DNA of 55,328 nucleotides from a virus (lineage: Duplodnaviria; Caudoviricetes): the IMG/VR virus record IMGVR_UViG_3300011269_000004, positions 1 through 55,328 of that record; one strand, written 5' to 3'. Below are positions 1 through 8,721 of the stretch, piece after piece. Both the position numbers and the translations under genes were made by a program. The number at the start of each line of letters is the position of its first letter. Positions within the stretch are counted from its first letter, which is position 1. A model generated the notes under the pieces. The model saw only the letters and a list, made by a program, of their open reading frames with translations. It did not search any database and had not been told where the DNA came from.

Positions 1-56
1 GCTGCTCCGGCTGCTCCGGCTGCTCCCGCTGCTCCGACTGCTCCGGCTGCTCCGGC
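1..56 (+). repeat. 9-bp tandem repeat TGCTCC(GGC/CGC/GAC), continuing the array at the right end
   Basis: Nt 1-38 are identical to nt 55291-55328; units encode Cys-Ser-(Gly/Arg/Asp). Confidence 0.95.
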
Positions 57-401
57 TTAGAGAACACAGCGCCAGCAAAAGGTGATTACAAAGTTCCAAT
101 AGTTCCGGTTATTCCTAACATCCACAAGCGCATTTATGCAGCAGTTACAGCACCTTCCCCTAAGAATCCGCTAGATATGCGCGATTGGCACACCTGCGAG
201 ATGACGCATTGCCGTGGCGGATGGGTTGTTACGCTAGCGGGGGATGAAGGAAAAGCGTTGGAGAAATTCCACGGGACTTTACTGGCCGCGCAGTTGATTT
301 ACGAAGCTAGCGACACAAGCAGGAAATTTAATCCTTGCCGATTCTTTGACTCAAATGAAGAGGCGCTGGAAGATATGAAGAAATTGGCGGAGGCGCTATG
401 A
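3..401 (+). CDS. 3' part of CSx-repeat protein spanning the circular join (starts at 55077); C-terminal MxxWH-TCxxTHCRxGW domain
   Basis: Frame open from nt 3 into track ORF 177..401 and in frame with 55077..55328 across the 38-nt overlap. Confidence 0.85.
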   Translation, partial: CSGCSGCSRCSDCSGCSGLENTAPAKGDYKVPIVPVIPNIHKRIYAAVTAPSPKNPLDMRDWHTCEMTHCRGGWVVTLAGDEGKALEKFHGTLLAAQLIYEASDTSRKFNPCRFFDSNEEALEDMKKLAEAL

Positions 402-1180
402 CTCCCGACACTGAAATCGTCCCGCAAGGGACCGTCTCGATCATTCCCCCAACGGATTTGCCTAACCTAGACAATGCCATCAAAGAAACGGAACGTGAGT
501 GTTCCGCGCTCATTCCTTTGGGCGCCAACATTAGGTCTGCGCAAGTCAGCGATGCGTCCACCTACGCACAATTAGGCCAATGGGTCGCCGAGGCCAGCTC
601 GATCGAGAAGGTCCCAGATTTCAAGCTAGGACCGTTCCTCAGCCGAGCTCGCCGAGTCGTAGATTGGTTGCGCACCGAACAGAACAAGCACAGTAATTTG
701 GCGCGAGAGTTGGTTGCTATCGGCAAAGGCAAGATGGCCGAGTACAAGCGCAAAGAAATCGCTGCAGCAGCCGAGGAGCAGCGCCGCATCAATGAGGAAC
801 GCCGCAAGGCAGCCGAGGCCCAAGCGGAAGTGGACCGCAAGGCGCGAGAGAAGGAAATCGCTAAGCAAGTGAAGGTCGGCGAGGTTGGCAAGCGTGAAGC
901 GAATCAGTTGCGCAAGGAAGCGGACATCGAGGCCCAAGCAGCGAAAGCCAACGTGCCAGAGGTTCGTGTTAAGGCGAGCGTGCCCACAGTCGCGGGAATC
1001 CAGATTCGCGCCAACTGGAAGTTTGAAATAGTGAATGCGACTCTTATTCCCCGCCCGTTCCTGATAGCCGATGAGGTCGCCATAGGACAGCAGGTGCGCA
1101 AGGTCGTAGATCAAGAAATGCCCGAGACGCACAAAAAGAGAGTCGAAGCGTTGATACCTGGCATCCGCGTGTATAGCTGA
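398..1180 (+). CDS. Coiled-coil phage recombination-module protein (Gp157/Gam-like)
   Basis: Long helical region plus C-terminal WKFEIV..LIPRPFL..DE..I...IPGIRVY motif; lies upstream of annealase; ATGA overlap. Confidence 0.6.
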   Translation: MTPDTEIVPQGTVSIIPPTDLPNLDNAIKETERECSALIPLGANIRSAQVSDASTYAQLGQWVAEASSIEKVPDFKLGPFLSRARRVVDWLRTEQNKHSNLARELVAIGKGKMAEYKRKEIAAAAEEQRRINEERRKAAEAQAEVDRKAREKEIAKQVKVGEVGKREANQLRKEADIEAQAAKANVPEVRVKASVPTVAGIQIRANWKFEIVNATLIPRPFLIADEVAIGQQVRKVVDQEMPETHKKRVEALIPGIRVYS

Positions 1181-1187
1181 GGGACTC

Positions 1188-1391
1188 GTGCCCCACCATT
1201 TCAGAAAAGATGTAACCGAGGCTTACGAGTTTTGCAAGACCTGCAACAAGTTGACGCTCCATTTCGTTTCTGACGGGCGCTTAGGTCGCTGTAAAGAGCA
1301 CTCAGTGGGCGACGCAGACGGCTTGAGTAAAGAGCAGCGCAAGAGGCGCGACGAGCAAGAGAAAGAGAAAAGAGAACCGAGGTTGTTTTGA
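1188..1391 (+). CDS. Small hypothetical protein, possible Zn finger
   Basis: CKTC...H...C..H; overlapping gene chain. Confidence 0.55.
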   Translation: MPHHFRKDVTEAYEFCKTCNKLTLHFVSDGRLGRCKEHSVGDADGLSKEQRKRRDEQEKEKREPRLF

Positions 1392-1579
1392 TGTGGATAA
1401 ACTTTTACGTAGTCGTTTGTAATCGTAAAGACCGCTTGGCGCGCACTCGATTGTTTGCCGACACTATTGCTGGACCGTTGGCTTACGAAAAACGCAAAGA
1501 TGCGGACAATGCTGCGTCTAAAGCGCGAGTCATGTACGGTTGGGCGAAAGTTCTGCGCTGCGTGAGAGAGGCAGAGTGA
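1388..1579 (+). CDS. Hypothetical protein
   Basis: 4-nt overlaps with both neighbours. Confidence 0.55.
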   Translation: MMWINFYVVVCNRKDRLARTRLFADTIAGPLAYEKRKDADNAASKARVMYGWAKVLRCVREAE

Positions 1580-1893
1580 ACCGCACGCCTATCAAATCGT
1601 CCAGCAACATCCTCTCAGCGGGATACGATGAGGGCACGCGCACGCTTGAGTTAGAATTCCCATCGCTCGCTGTCTACCAGTATTATCAGGTTCCTCCGTC
1701 AATTTACGCGGCCTTCCAAGCCGCAGGTTCCAAAGGGAAATTTCACGCGCTGTACTTGGCTGGCAAGTACGAGTACAAGTGCGTAGTCCAGCGACCGCAA
1801 GGAGAAAAGAGTCATGGCGAAAGCAAAACCGAAGTCCAGAGCAAGAGTGTCGCACGGCGCATCGCAGCACAAACCAAAAAGTCCATCTCCTAG
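1576..1893 (+). CDS. KTSC domain protein
   Basis: SSNILSAGYD..TRTLELEF....YQYYQVP..Y..F..AGSKGKF signature; GTG start overlapping previous stop. Confidence 0.9.
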   Translation: MNRTPIKSSSNILSAGYDEGTRTLELEFPSLAVYQYYQVPPSIYAAFQAAGSKGKFHALYLAGKYEYKCVVQRPQGEKSHGESKTEVQSKSVARRIAAQTKKSIS

Positions 1894-3211
1894 TCACGCG
1901 CTTATCAAGCCTGATGTGCTCTCGATTCCCGAAGCGATCGAGAAGGTTTTGATTCAAGGCGACTTGTCGCCGCTCCAGCCGCAAGAGCGTATCGATTATT
2001 ACAAGCGAGTCTGTTCCTCGCTTGGCTTGAACCCGCTCACGATGCCGTTCTCTTACATCCTGTTCCGCGAGAGCGATGGCGCGCCGGCCAAACTCTCGCT
2101 GTATGCCAACAAATCCTGTACGGAACAGTTGCGCAAGATTCACGGTGTCTCGGTTATCCCTCCGCTACGCCGGAGCCGCAATGAGGACATCGTGACGGTC
2201 GAGGCGGATGTGCGCGACCGTTTTGGACGTACCGACTCCGCAAGTGGAAGCGTGCCGCTATTCAGGTTCAAAGATGCCAAGCGATACGAACTTACCGGCC
2301 GCGACTTGTGCAACGCGGAGATGAAGTGCGAGACGAAAGCCAAGCGGCGCGCAACTCTCTCGATCTGCGGGTTGGCGTTCCTAGACGAGAGCGAACTGGA
2401 CACCATGCAGGTACTGGGTGGCGTTACGCCTGACGGCCGAATCTTTCGCTACGCTGGCGAGGAACCAGTACCCCCATCGCGCCAATTGAACGAGAACGCT
2501 GCGCATGGTCATCCAGAAGGCTCAGAACGCGCAAAGCAGGCCGACGCAGCCATAAAGAGGGTCGAGCCGGCAGATAAGGCTATAGAGGTCGAGAAAACCT
2601 CGCCAGCCGTCCCTAAAGCGCAACCTGTGCCACCCATGGAGTTCAAGGGTAATGTGGAGATTGACTGCACGGTGCCTTGGCCGATAGTCCGCGGCGACCT
2701 GCAGGACATAATCGAGAACCTACAGAAACTCTTTGGCGCAGCGCTCGAGTGGGGACAAGACTCATGGTGGCACATCGCTCCGAAGCAGGTAAGCGAATTT
2801 GTTGACTTGTTGAGCAAGAACGGATTCAAGGTGGATGTCAAGATCAAGACGCCATCCAAGAATTCTGCCGGTCAGAAGTCTGCCATGACATCTCCGCCGG
2901 CAGAAGCTCCTGTCGTCATCAGCGGGACCGTTGAACGCGTTGTACCTGACGTGAAATATGCAGTCATTACGCTTGCCACAAAGGACGGCAAGAAGCCGAG
3001 TTGGAAGTGTTTCGACAAGGACATCTCCGAGATTCTGCGGAAAAACCTTGGCAAGTTGGCCGAAGTCATCCTACAAAGCCGCGTCTCGAAAGGTGTCACG
3101 TACACAAATCTCATTGGCTTGAAGAACGTCGCTGGCCAAGAGTACGAAGATTTGAAAGTTCCAGTCATCGAGCGCAAGGACCAACAAGCTGGAGCCAAAA
3201 CGCTTTTCTGA
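1814..3211 (+). CDS. RecT/Red-beta-like single-strand annealing protein with C-terminal extension
   Basis: GDLSPL...YY..VC.SLGLNPLT.PF and MKCETKAKRRATLSICG motifs; Pro-rich linker; possible C-terminal OB-like domain. Confidence 0.75.
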   Translation: MAKAKPKSRARVSHGASQHKPKSPSPSHALIKPDVLSIPEAIEKVLIQGDLSPLQPQERIDYYKRVCSSLGLNPLTMPFSYILFRESDGAPAKLSLYANKSCTEQLRKIHGVSVIPPLRRSRNEDIVTVEADVRDRFGRTDSASGSVPLFRFKDAKRYELTGRDLCNAEMKCETKAKRRATLSICGLAFLDESELDTMQVLGGVTPDGRIFRYAGEEPVPPSRQLNENAAHGHPEGSERAKQADAAIKRVEPADKAIEVEKTSPAVPKAQPVPPMEFKGNVEIDCTVPWPIVRGDLQDIIENLQKLFGAALEWGQDSWWHIAPKQVSEFVDLLSKNGFKVDVKIKTPSKNSAGQKSAMTSPPAEAPVVISGTVERVVPDVKYAVITLATKDGKKPSWKCFDKDISEILRKNLGKLAEVILQSRVSKGVTYTNLIGLKNVAGQEYEDLKVPVIERKDQQAGAKTLF

Positions 3212-3376
3212 GGTAAGGCGCTGTAAGGCCCGCTGTTCTATGGTCAGGCAAGTTAGGTTGAGGTCGGCTGAGTTGCGGTGGGTCGGAGTCGGGTACGGTC
3301 TGTCTTGTTTAGGCTTGGTTAGTTCCGGCATGTTTGTGTTTGGCAGTCCAAGGCGTCCCATGGCGCGGCGAGGTTA
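3212..3376 (+). repeat. Array 1 of 5-nt GGY-NN units (33 units), putative guide-like ncRNA
   Basis: Unbroken 5-nt register; 33/33 units have a pyrimidine at position 3, 27/33 G at position 1, 17/33 exact GGY; fills the intergenic gap. Confidence 0.85.
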
Positions 3377-3397
3377 AATTTAGGGAGAAAAAACGAA

Positions 3398-4011
3398 ATG
3401 AGCAAAACAGCAACAGCACTTGCAGAAGTTTCAAACGACGGAGCCTTTGCCGTCGAATCAGCAATCCCCTATATCGTTGACGTTCAAGTGGAAGGGGCGG
3501 CGGCATTCCTCTTCCATCGCTGGAGCGTTGACGGTGTAGAAGCGAAGTCAAAGCTGCAAAGGGCAGTAAGGCCAAGAAGGAAGATGATTTGGAATCCTAT
3601 GTCTACCGCGACAAAGAAGGATTACTTTGTATTCCTACTGAGTATTTCCGCATGTCTCTCATCAACGCCGCGAAGTACAAGCAAGACCCCCGCTCTCCGC
3701 GTAAGTCTGCAATGGATTTGTTCAAAGCTGGAATCGTTGGCATGACAGATCTATGCTGTTTGGGAATCCGCGAATGGGAGTACGTTGATCGGCGCCGTGT
3801 GATGATTCAACGGAACGGCATCACTCGCCATCGGCCAGCCCTCTATGCAGGATGGAGAGTGGCAATGAGTTTCCAAGTTCTCATTCCAGAATACATTTCT
3901 CCGCAACTCTTGAACGAAACAATTCAGAGTGCAGGGCGATTGGTCGGCGTTGGAGATTTCCGTCCGACGTTTGGCAGGTTCAATGTCGTAAAGTTTTCCT
4001 TGGCAGGATAA
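3398..4011 (+). CDS. Solo RAMP/Cas7-like protein (~204 aa), split by a 1-nt frameshift near 3550
   Basis: Joins track ORFs 3398..3745 and 3589..4011; beta1 IVDVQVEGAAAFLFH, GLLCIPTEYFRMSL helix motif, C-terminal G-loop AGRLVGVGDFRPTFGRF. Confidence 0.75.
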
Positions 4012-4173
4012 GGCCCGCCAAGTTGCGGAGAGGTCGGTTGCGGCAGGGTTCGGTTAGGTTGGGCAAGGTCTGCAAAGGCAAAGCATGGTTTGGTTCGGTA
4101 GCGGTTGGACTCGCCTGTATTGGGCGGAGTTGGGTGTGGCATCGGCACGCTGAGAATACGGACTGCTAGTCCG
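4012..4173 (+). repeat. Array 2 of 5-nt GGY-NN units with 3' hairpin, putative guide-like ncRNA
   Basis: 18 in-register units 4012-4101 (12 exact GGY), about 10 more after +1 slips at 4102 and 4143; hairpin CGGACT-GCT-AGTCCG at 4159-4173. Confidence 0.85.
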
Positions 4174-4197
4174 AGGCGCGATGAGTTAAGGTGAGGT

Positions 4198-4455
4198 ATG
4201 GATTCATTATCTGAAGAGGAGAAGGCCACTTTTAAAAGAGCCACGGAGCGGCGCCGTGAGAACGGCATACGGCTCAAGCGTATTACGCTCTTGGCTCAAC
4301 CTTCGCAAGTAGAGGGCTTTACGGAGCTTTTCGATTCGTGGGTAATCCGCTGGGGCAAGAGCCGTGCACTGGACGAGCTTATACGCATTATGTCGATTGT
4401 CGAAGCGAGAATACGAGACAAGGAAAATGCACCGCCGCCCAACAAGAAAGGATGA
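4198..4455 (+). CDS. Hypothetical protein
   Basis: AAGGTGAGG RBS; helical protein-like sequence. Confidence 0.6.
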   Translation: MDSLSEEEKATFKRATERRRENGIRLKRITLLAQPSQVEGFTELFDSWVIRWGKSRALDELIRIMSIVEARIRDKENAPPPNKKG

Positions 4456-4780
4456 AGCAGCCACGAAAGCGGCCGGATTCAAGAGTCGCTATTCATATGT
4501 CTCGACGCGCGTTCATCCTGACTCAGATCCGCCGTACCAATGCGTTTATCTCGCTGGTCCTGACGATGTGTGGAAGCGACGGCGAGAGGTTTTTGAGCGC
4601 GACGGATTCAAGTGTGTACTGTGCGGGAGCACGCGCAACCTACAACTTCGGCATGGCGGAAAGACGAAAGTAGAGCGTTGCTGGTGCATGGAGAATCTTT
4701 CTTGCCGCTGTTCGGAGTGCCACATGATCAAGGAACACGGAAGATTCCCAAGGTGGTCCGCGAAGCGGAGCCAGCCATGA
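4427..4780 (+). CDS. HNH endonuclease-like protein
   Basis: W..RR.VFERDGFKCVLCG....L...H......NL...C..CH pattern. Confidence 0.75.
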   Translation: MHRRPTRKDEAATKAAGFKSRYSYVSTRVHPDSDPPYQCVYLAGPDDVWKRRREVFERDGFKCVLCGSTRNLQLRHGGKTKVERCWCMENLSCRCSECHMIKEHGRFPRWSAKRSQP

Positions 4781-5145
4781 ACGACAATTACCGTGAAACT
4801 CTGGAAGAACGAACAGCGCGAATCAATAGAGACGGGGCCAAGCTGAAAGCAGAGTTCCGCATTCGGCTTGAGCGACTGGAACACGAGCACGTACTAAAGT
4901 TGCTCGATTTGTTTCAAGAGTTCAAAAGACGGTCGGAACTGGTCGCCAACAATCACAGAGCCAAAAGCGACACTCTCGACATGCTGCACAATACGCTGAA
5001 TGTGAAGGCGCATGAGTTTTCTCCAGTTCACGCTGGAGAGAATGGGGTGGCTAGCACTTCTGGACAAAGTGCGGGGACCGGCCACCCCAACGTAATCTCG
5101 CGCAACCCGGAAGGAAACTATAAGCAGGCGGCAGAGAGGAAGTGA
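4777..5145 (+). CDS. Hypothetical coiled-coil protein
   Basis: ATGA and GTGA overlaps at both ends. Confidence 0.55.
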   Translation: MNDNYRETLEERTARINRDGAKLKAEFRIRLERLEHEHVLKLLDLFQEFKRRSELVANNHRAKSDTLDMLHNTLNVKAHEFSPVHAGENGVASTSGQSAGTGHPNVISRNPEGNYKQAAERK

Positions 5146-5489
5146 AGAAGATGAGCGAGCGCTTCAGCAACGAGTTGACCGACGCGGAGCTTGAGCGCCT
5201 GGCAGTGCTTTCCGAAGAGTTGGGAGAAGCGCAGCAATGCATCGGTAAGATTTTGAGGCACGGTTACAAATCGGGCAACCCGTTAGTCGATTACATCTCC
5301 AATCGCTTCCAGTTGGAGCGGGAAATTGGAGACATCCAAGCAGCTATCGGGATGTTGGTCCATGCTGGAGATGTTTCGCAGCCTGAAATTGAGCGCAGGA
5401 TTGGCAAAAAACTAGTGAGCATCCAACGTTGGCTCCATCATCAAGACGGGCTGCACGAGAGGTCTGCGCCGCAAAAGGAGGAGAAGTGA
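5142..5489 (+). CDS. MazG-like nucleotide pyrophosphohydrolase
   Basis: LSEELGEAQQ.IGK.LRHG and LEREIGDI (EExxE...ExxD) motifs. Confidence 0.8.
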   Translation: MKKMSERFSNELTDAELERLAVLSEELGEAQQCIGKILRHGYKSGNPLVDYISNRFQLEREIGDIQAAIGMLVHAGDVSQPEIERRIGKKLVSIQRWLHHQDGLHERSAPQKEEK

Positions 5490-5686
5490 GTGAGCGGGAC
5501 AAGAAGTTTATAGCTGAGGTACGCACGGCAGTAGCGAACTATATGCGCTCAGAGGGATGTTCATGCTGCCGCAACCAAGACAAGCACGATGAAAACAAGG
5601 CGCGACTGGCCTTCCTATTAGGCGTGTTCAAATACAAGGACGGCTCAGGATACGACTTCGGGAAATTTGAGAGTAAGCGCCCATGA
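5486..5686 (+). CDS. Hypothetical protein (GCSCC motif)
   Basis: AGGAGG RBS, GTGA overlap. Confidence 0.6.
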   Translation: MSERDKKFIAEVRTAVANYMRSEGCSCCRNQDKHDENKARLAFLLGVFKYKDGSGYDFGKFESKRP

Positions 5687-6855
5687 CCCCAACCGAGCAG
5701 CGAGCAGGCAAGAGCACCAGAACCGTAGCCGACGTTATCGCTGAATGGCGAGCGTCTGGCGTCAACAATGACGACGGGGAGTTAGCGAGCCGAATCAACT
5801 ATTTCATTGCGACGGAGACGAAAGGCTGGCGGGGAACCGGGGGCTTACAGGAGCGAGTGAAGCAATGGCGCGGCATTGCGCGGCGTGTCGATTCGCCGCT
5901 GTTCAATGCGTACAGCCAATGCGCCGACGAACTAGAGGCCGACATCGCGGAGATGGGGGTGGGCGTGAGCAACGTCGGCATTCTATCGCTGCTGAATGAG
6001 CATTGGCTGTTTGGAATAGAATGCAACCACGAAGCGAAAACAGACCAATCAATTTGTTCTTGTGGACTGAAATCACCGGAACGGGAGAGCGTAGGAGCGG
6101 CTGTTCAAGATTGGATTAAGCATTTGCGCACGCTGGCAGTCACCGCACCATCCTCCGAGCAGCAGCCCCACGTTGCCACGCTGGAAGAAATAAGTTGCGC
6201 AGATGCCGCTGAAATAGTACGCGAGGCCGCTGTCCCTGCATCGGTACCTTTGGACGCGGCGGCTGTACCCTTTTCGGTTGCTGTGAAATTAGACCAAATG
6301 GCGAGGCGTACGACGATTCTTGCTATGGAACTAGCTTACAAGTGCCTGAAATCCTTCACGATTCAATCTACGCATCCAGAAGCCAACCGTGTACGCGATA
6401 TTTGTTACACACTATTGGGCGTTAAGTACCACCGAGCAGAACCAGACGAAAGTGGAGAATGGATGCGTCTTGGTGTACCTGTGCCCGTCGAAACGCCATC
6501 GGTGGAGAGGGTGCCGCGCGCGGACATTCCGCGAGACAAAGCCCATGCCATTGTGCGGATGTGGCTTGAACTGGAGGGCGGAACTCCGCAAGAGCAGCGA
6601 GACAGGCTCGTGGAGGACATCGCGGATGCACTGCGGGCAGCCTCCGACCGCGAGCGCGTGCTGCGGGAGGTCGCAAGTAACGTCCCCGACCCAGAAGTTG
6701 GAGGCTTCTGCGATTCATGCGGTGGAAGGCTAGAGCTAATTGAGACACAGCGTCACGGCATGAAGGCATTTATTTGGCAGCACAAAGAAACATGCTGGTA
6801 TGGGAAATTACAGACGGCGCTCGCCCTCGATGCTGTGAAGGAACAACCTAAATGA
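5683..6855 (+). CDS. Hypothetical mosaic protein
   Basis: 390-aa ORF coupled at both ends; several Cys/His clusters. Confidence 0.65.
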   Translation: MTPTEQRAGKSTRTVADVIAEWRASGVNNDDGELASRINYFIATETKGWRGTGGLQERVKQWRGIARRVDSPLFNAYSQCADELEADIAEMGVGVSNVGILSLLNEHWLFGIECNHEAKTDQSICSCGLKSPERESVGAAVQDWIKHLRTLAVTAPSSEQQPHVATLEEISCADAAEIVREAAVPASVPLDAAAVPFSVAVKLDQMARRTTILAMELAYKCLKSFTIQSTHPEANRVRDICYTLLGVKYHRAEPDESGEWMRLGVPVPVETPSVERVPRADIPRDKAHAIVRMWLELEGGTPQEQRDRLVEDIADALRAASDRERVLREVASNVPDPEVGGFCDSCGGRLELIETQRHGMKAFIWQHKETCWYGKLQTALALDAVKEQPK

Positions 6856-7319
6856 ATCTCACCGCCGCTGAGTTGACGCATTTTTGGGAGAAAGTGGATA
6901 AGAATGGCCCAATTCCAGAGACCAATCCAAAATTAGGAGCCTGTTGGCTTTGGAATGGCAAAATTGACCGCTACGGTTATGGCAAATTCAGCGTAAAAAG
7001 AAAGATGGAGTCAGCCCACCGAGTCGCATATCAGGTCACCGTGGGGCCGATTGCTAAAGGGTTGACCGCTGACCATCTTTGCCGAGTTCGTAGGTGCATC
7101 CGTCCCAGTCACATAGAACCTGTCACGAACAGAGAAAACGTCTTGCGTGGCGATACTTTCCCGGCGAGACAGTTGGCGCAAACCCATTGTGTCAATGGGC
7201 ACGAATTCAACGAGGCCAACACATATCATTGGAATGGACATCGCGGGTGCCGAACATGCAAGCGGTTATATTGGAGACGGAAACATCCGCCCGCGCTAGA
7301 AAAAGAGGATGGAAAGTGA
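6852..7319 (+). CDS. HNH endonuclease (His-Cys box / HNH_3 type)
   Basis: CWLW.G....GYG.F......AHRVAY, DHLC..R.C..P.H.E.VT..EN, THC.NGH motifs. Confidence 0.9.
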   Translation: MNLTAAELTHFWEKVDKNGPIPETNPKLGACWLWNGKIDRYGYGKFSVKRKMESAHRVAYQVTVGPIAKGLTADHLCRVRRCIRPSHIEPVTNRENVLRGDTFPARQLAQTHCVNGHEFNEANTYHWNGHRGCRTCKRLYWRRKHPPALEKEDGK

Positions 7320-7483
7320 ACGATAGGCTCGATGCGATTAAGGAATTGATGAGTCAGTTTAGCGGGCCGGACCGCTATCAGGAAGTGCTGAAACTGATGC
7401 TTGAAGAATTGCGCTATCTACGCGACAAAAATGCCGAGTTATCAAATGCAGCGGCAGAATTTGCAAGATTGGTGCGCTTATGA
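7316..7483 (+). CDS. Small hypothetical protein
   Basis: GTGA/ATGA overlaps; C-terminal part of track ORF 7094..7483. Confidence 0.5.
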   Translation: MNDRLDAIKELMSQFSGPDRYQEVLKLMLEELRYLRDKNAELSNAAAEFARLVRL

Positions 7484-7713
7484 CCAGCGACAGTGCGGAG
7501 AAGCAGCTAATAACTGAAATCGTTGAGTCGTTTTGTCTGCCAGAGCGCCGAATGGAAGCTGTTCTGCGCTACGGAGCCGACCGTGAGCGGGAAGGGATGG
7601 AGAAAGCGGCGCAGACGGCAATTAAGTTTTGCGGGCAAGTTACACCAGGCTGGAAAGAATGCGGTGGAGGCATTGCAGCAGCCATTCGTGACCTGAAAGC
7701 GGAGGTGAAATGA
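7480..7713 (+). CDS. Hypothetical protein
   Basis: Coupled chain; E.AA...C..IAAAIR phage motif. Confidence 0.55.
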   Translation: MTSDSAEKQLITEIVESFCLPERRMEAVLRYGADREREGMEKAAQTAIKFCGQVTPGWKECGGGIAAAIRDLKAEVK

Positions 7714-7949
7714 TGGCCAAGCAAAAGCCGCTATTAAGAAATGAACTACATTTGGCTGCCAAGGAAATCATAGACCATCTTTTACAAAAGGATTTCAGCA
7801 CTTATTTCGTGGAGCGCCAAGCCAAGAAAATCATTCGCATATGCAAGAAGAGCAGATATGAGGCTTGGGTTAAAGATAGCGGACTAGCGGGACTATCACT
7901 AGAAGAGTTGAAGGCACGGTTTATTATAGAGGTCGCGGGGGTGAGATAG
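7710..7949 (+). CDS. Hypothetical protein
   Basis: GGAGG RBS; coupled chain. Confidence 0.55.
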   Translation: MMAKQKPLLRNELHLAAKEIIDHLLQKDFSTYFVERQAKKIIRICKKSRYEAWVKDSGLAGLSLEELKARFIIEVAGVR

Positions 7950-8300
7950 ATGAGCCATGCGGAGAATCAGCGTAATTATCGGCTTCGTCATCCTGAAAGG
8001 GCGGCAGCAATAACTAAGGCGTCTCGCCGTAAGACTGGGAAGAATACGTCAACAAAAGTAACATGGCGTAAGCGTTATCCAGAAAAAGACCGTGCCCACA
8101 GAGTCGTGTTCAATGCCCTCAGAAACGGCCAACTTGTGCGCCCGCGCGCATGTTCTAATTGTGGGAAGGTATGTATCCCGCAGGCCCACCATCCCGACTA
8201 CGAGAAGCCGCTTGAGGTTATTTGGCTGTGTCGTCCGTGTCATCTGGCAGAGGATGGCAGACAAGTGCGTGTTGTTTGTGAAGGAGACCCACGGCCATGA
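7950..8300 (+). CDS. HNH endonuclease-like protein
   Basis: AH..V..ALR.G.L.RP..CS.CG......AHHPDY.KPLEV.WLC..CH. Confidence 0.85.
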   Translation: MSHAENQRNYRLRHPERAAAITKASRRKTGKNTSTKVTWRKRYPEKDRAHRVVFNALRNGQLVRPRACSNCGKVCIPQAHHPDYEKPLEVIWLCRPCHLAEDGRQVRVVCEGDPRP

Positions 8301-8545
8301 CCCGTGAGGAGCAGGCGCGGGAGTTGTTCGAGCGCATCATAGACGGCGATGACCCGTTTGATGCTAAGGATTTAGAGCGGGTGTTGGCCGCGTGCGCGCT
8401 GGAAGCTCGGCGTAGCGGCATCGTGCAGGGACGCGAACAAGTGCTGCTCATGTTGAGTGATGACCTGGCAAAGGAAATACGCGACGAACTTGCAGAGCAT
8501 GATGGCAGGCAGGATTTAGGCGCAACGAAGGGAAGTGGAAGATGA
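8297..8545 (+). CDS. Hypothetical protein
   Basis: AAGGAG RBS; ATGA overlaps. Confidence 0.55.
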   Translation: MTREEQARELFERIIDGDDPFDAKDLERVLAACALEARRSGIVQGREQVLLMLSDDLAKEIRDELAEHDGRQDLGATKGSGR

Positions 8546-8721
8546 ACGCAATGGGGCCGTTTAGAGTGGCTCTGGCCGTGCTCGTTATCGTGATGGGCGG
8601 CGTGATGGCTTCAAACGGTTTTGCCGGGATCGGTATCGGGCAAATGATTTTAGGCGTGCCTTATCTAACTCTGCAAATTTACCGCTTGCGCCGCCGCGAG
8701 CGGGAGCAATCCCAAGGATGA
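8542..8721 (+). CDS. Small membrane protein (59 aa, not in ORF track)
   Basis: MNAMGPFRVALAVLVIVMGG...; two hydrophobic segments; ATGA overlaps on both sides. Confidence 0.6.
   Translation: MNAMGPFRVALAVLVIVMGGVMASNGFAGIGIGQMILGVPYLTLQIYRLRRREREQSQG

Noticed and set aside
3212-4173. Classical CRISPR array next to a cas gene
   Set aside because: No 25-45-nt direct repeats with spacers and no other cas genes; the period is 5 nt
3071-4277. Track ORFs 3071..3361, 3309..3575, 3852..4169 and 3924..4277 as genes
   Set aside because: Low-complexity translations of the pentamer arrays or antisense to the RAMP gene
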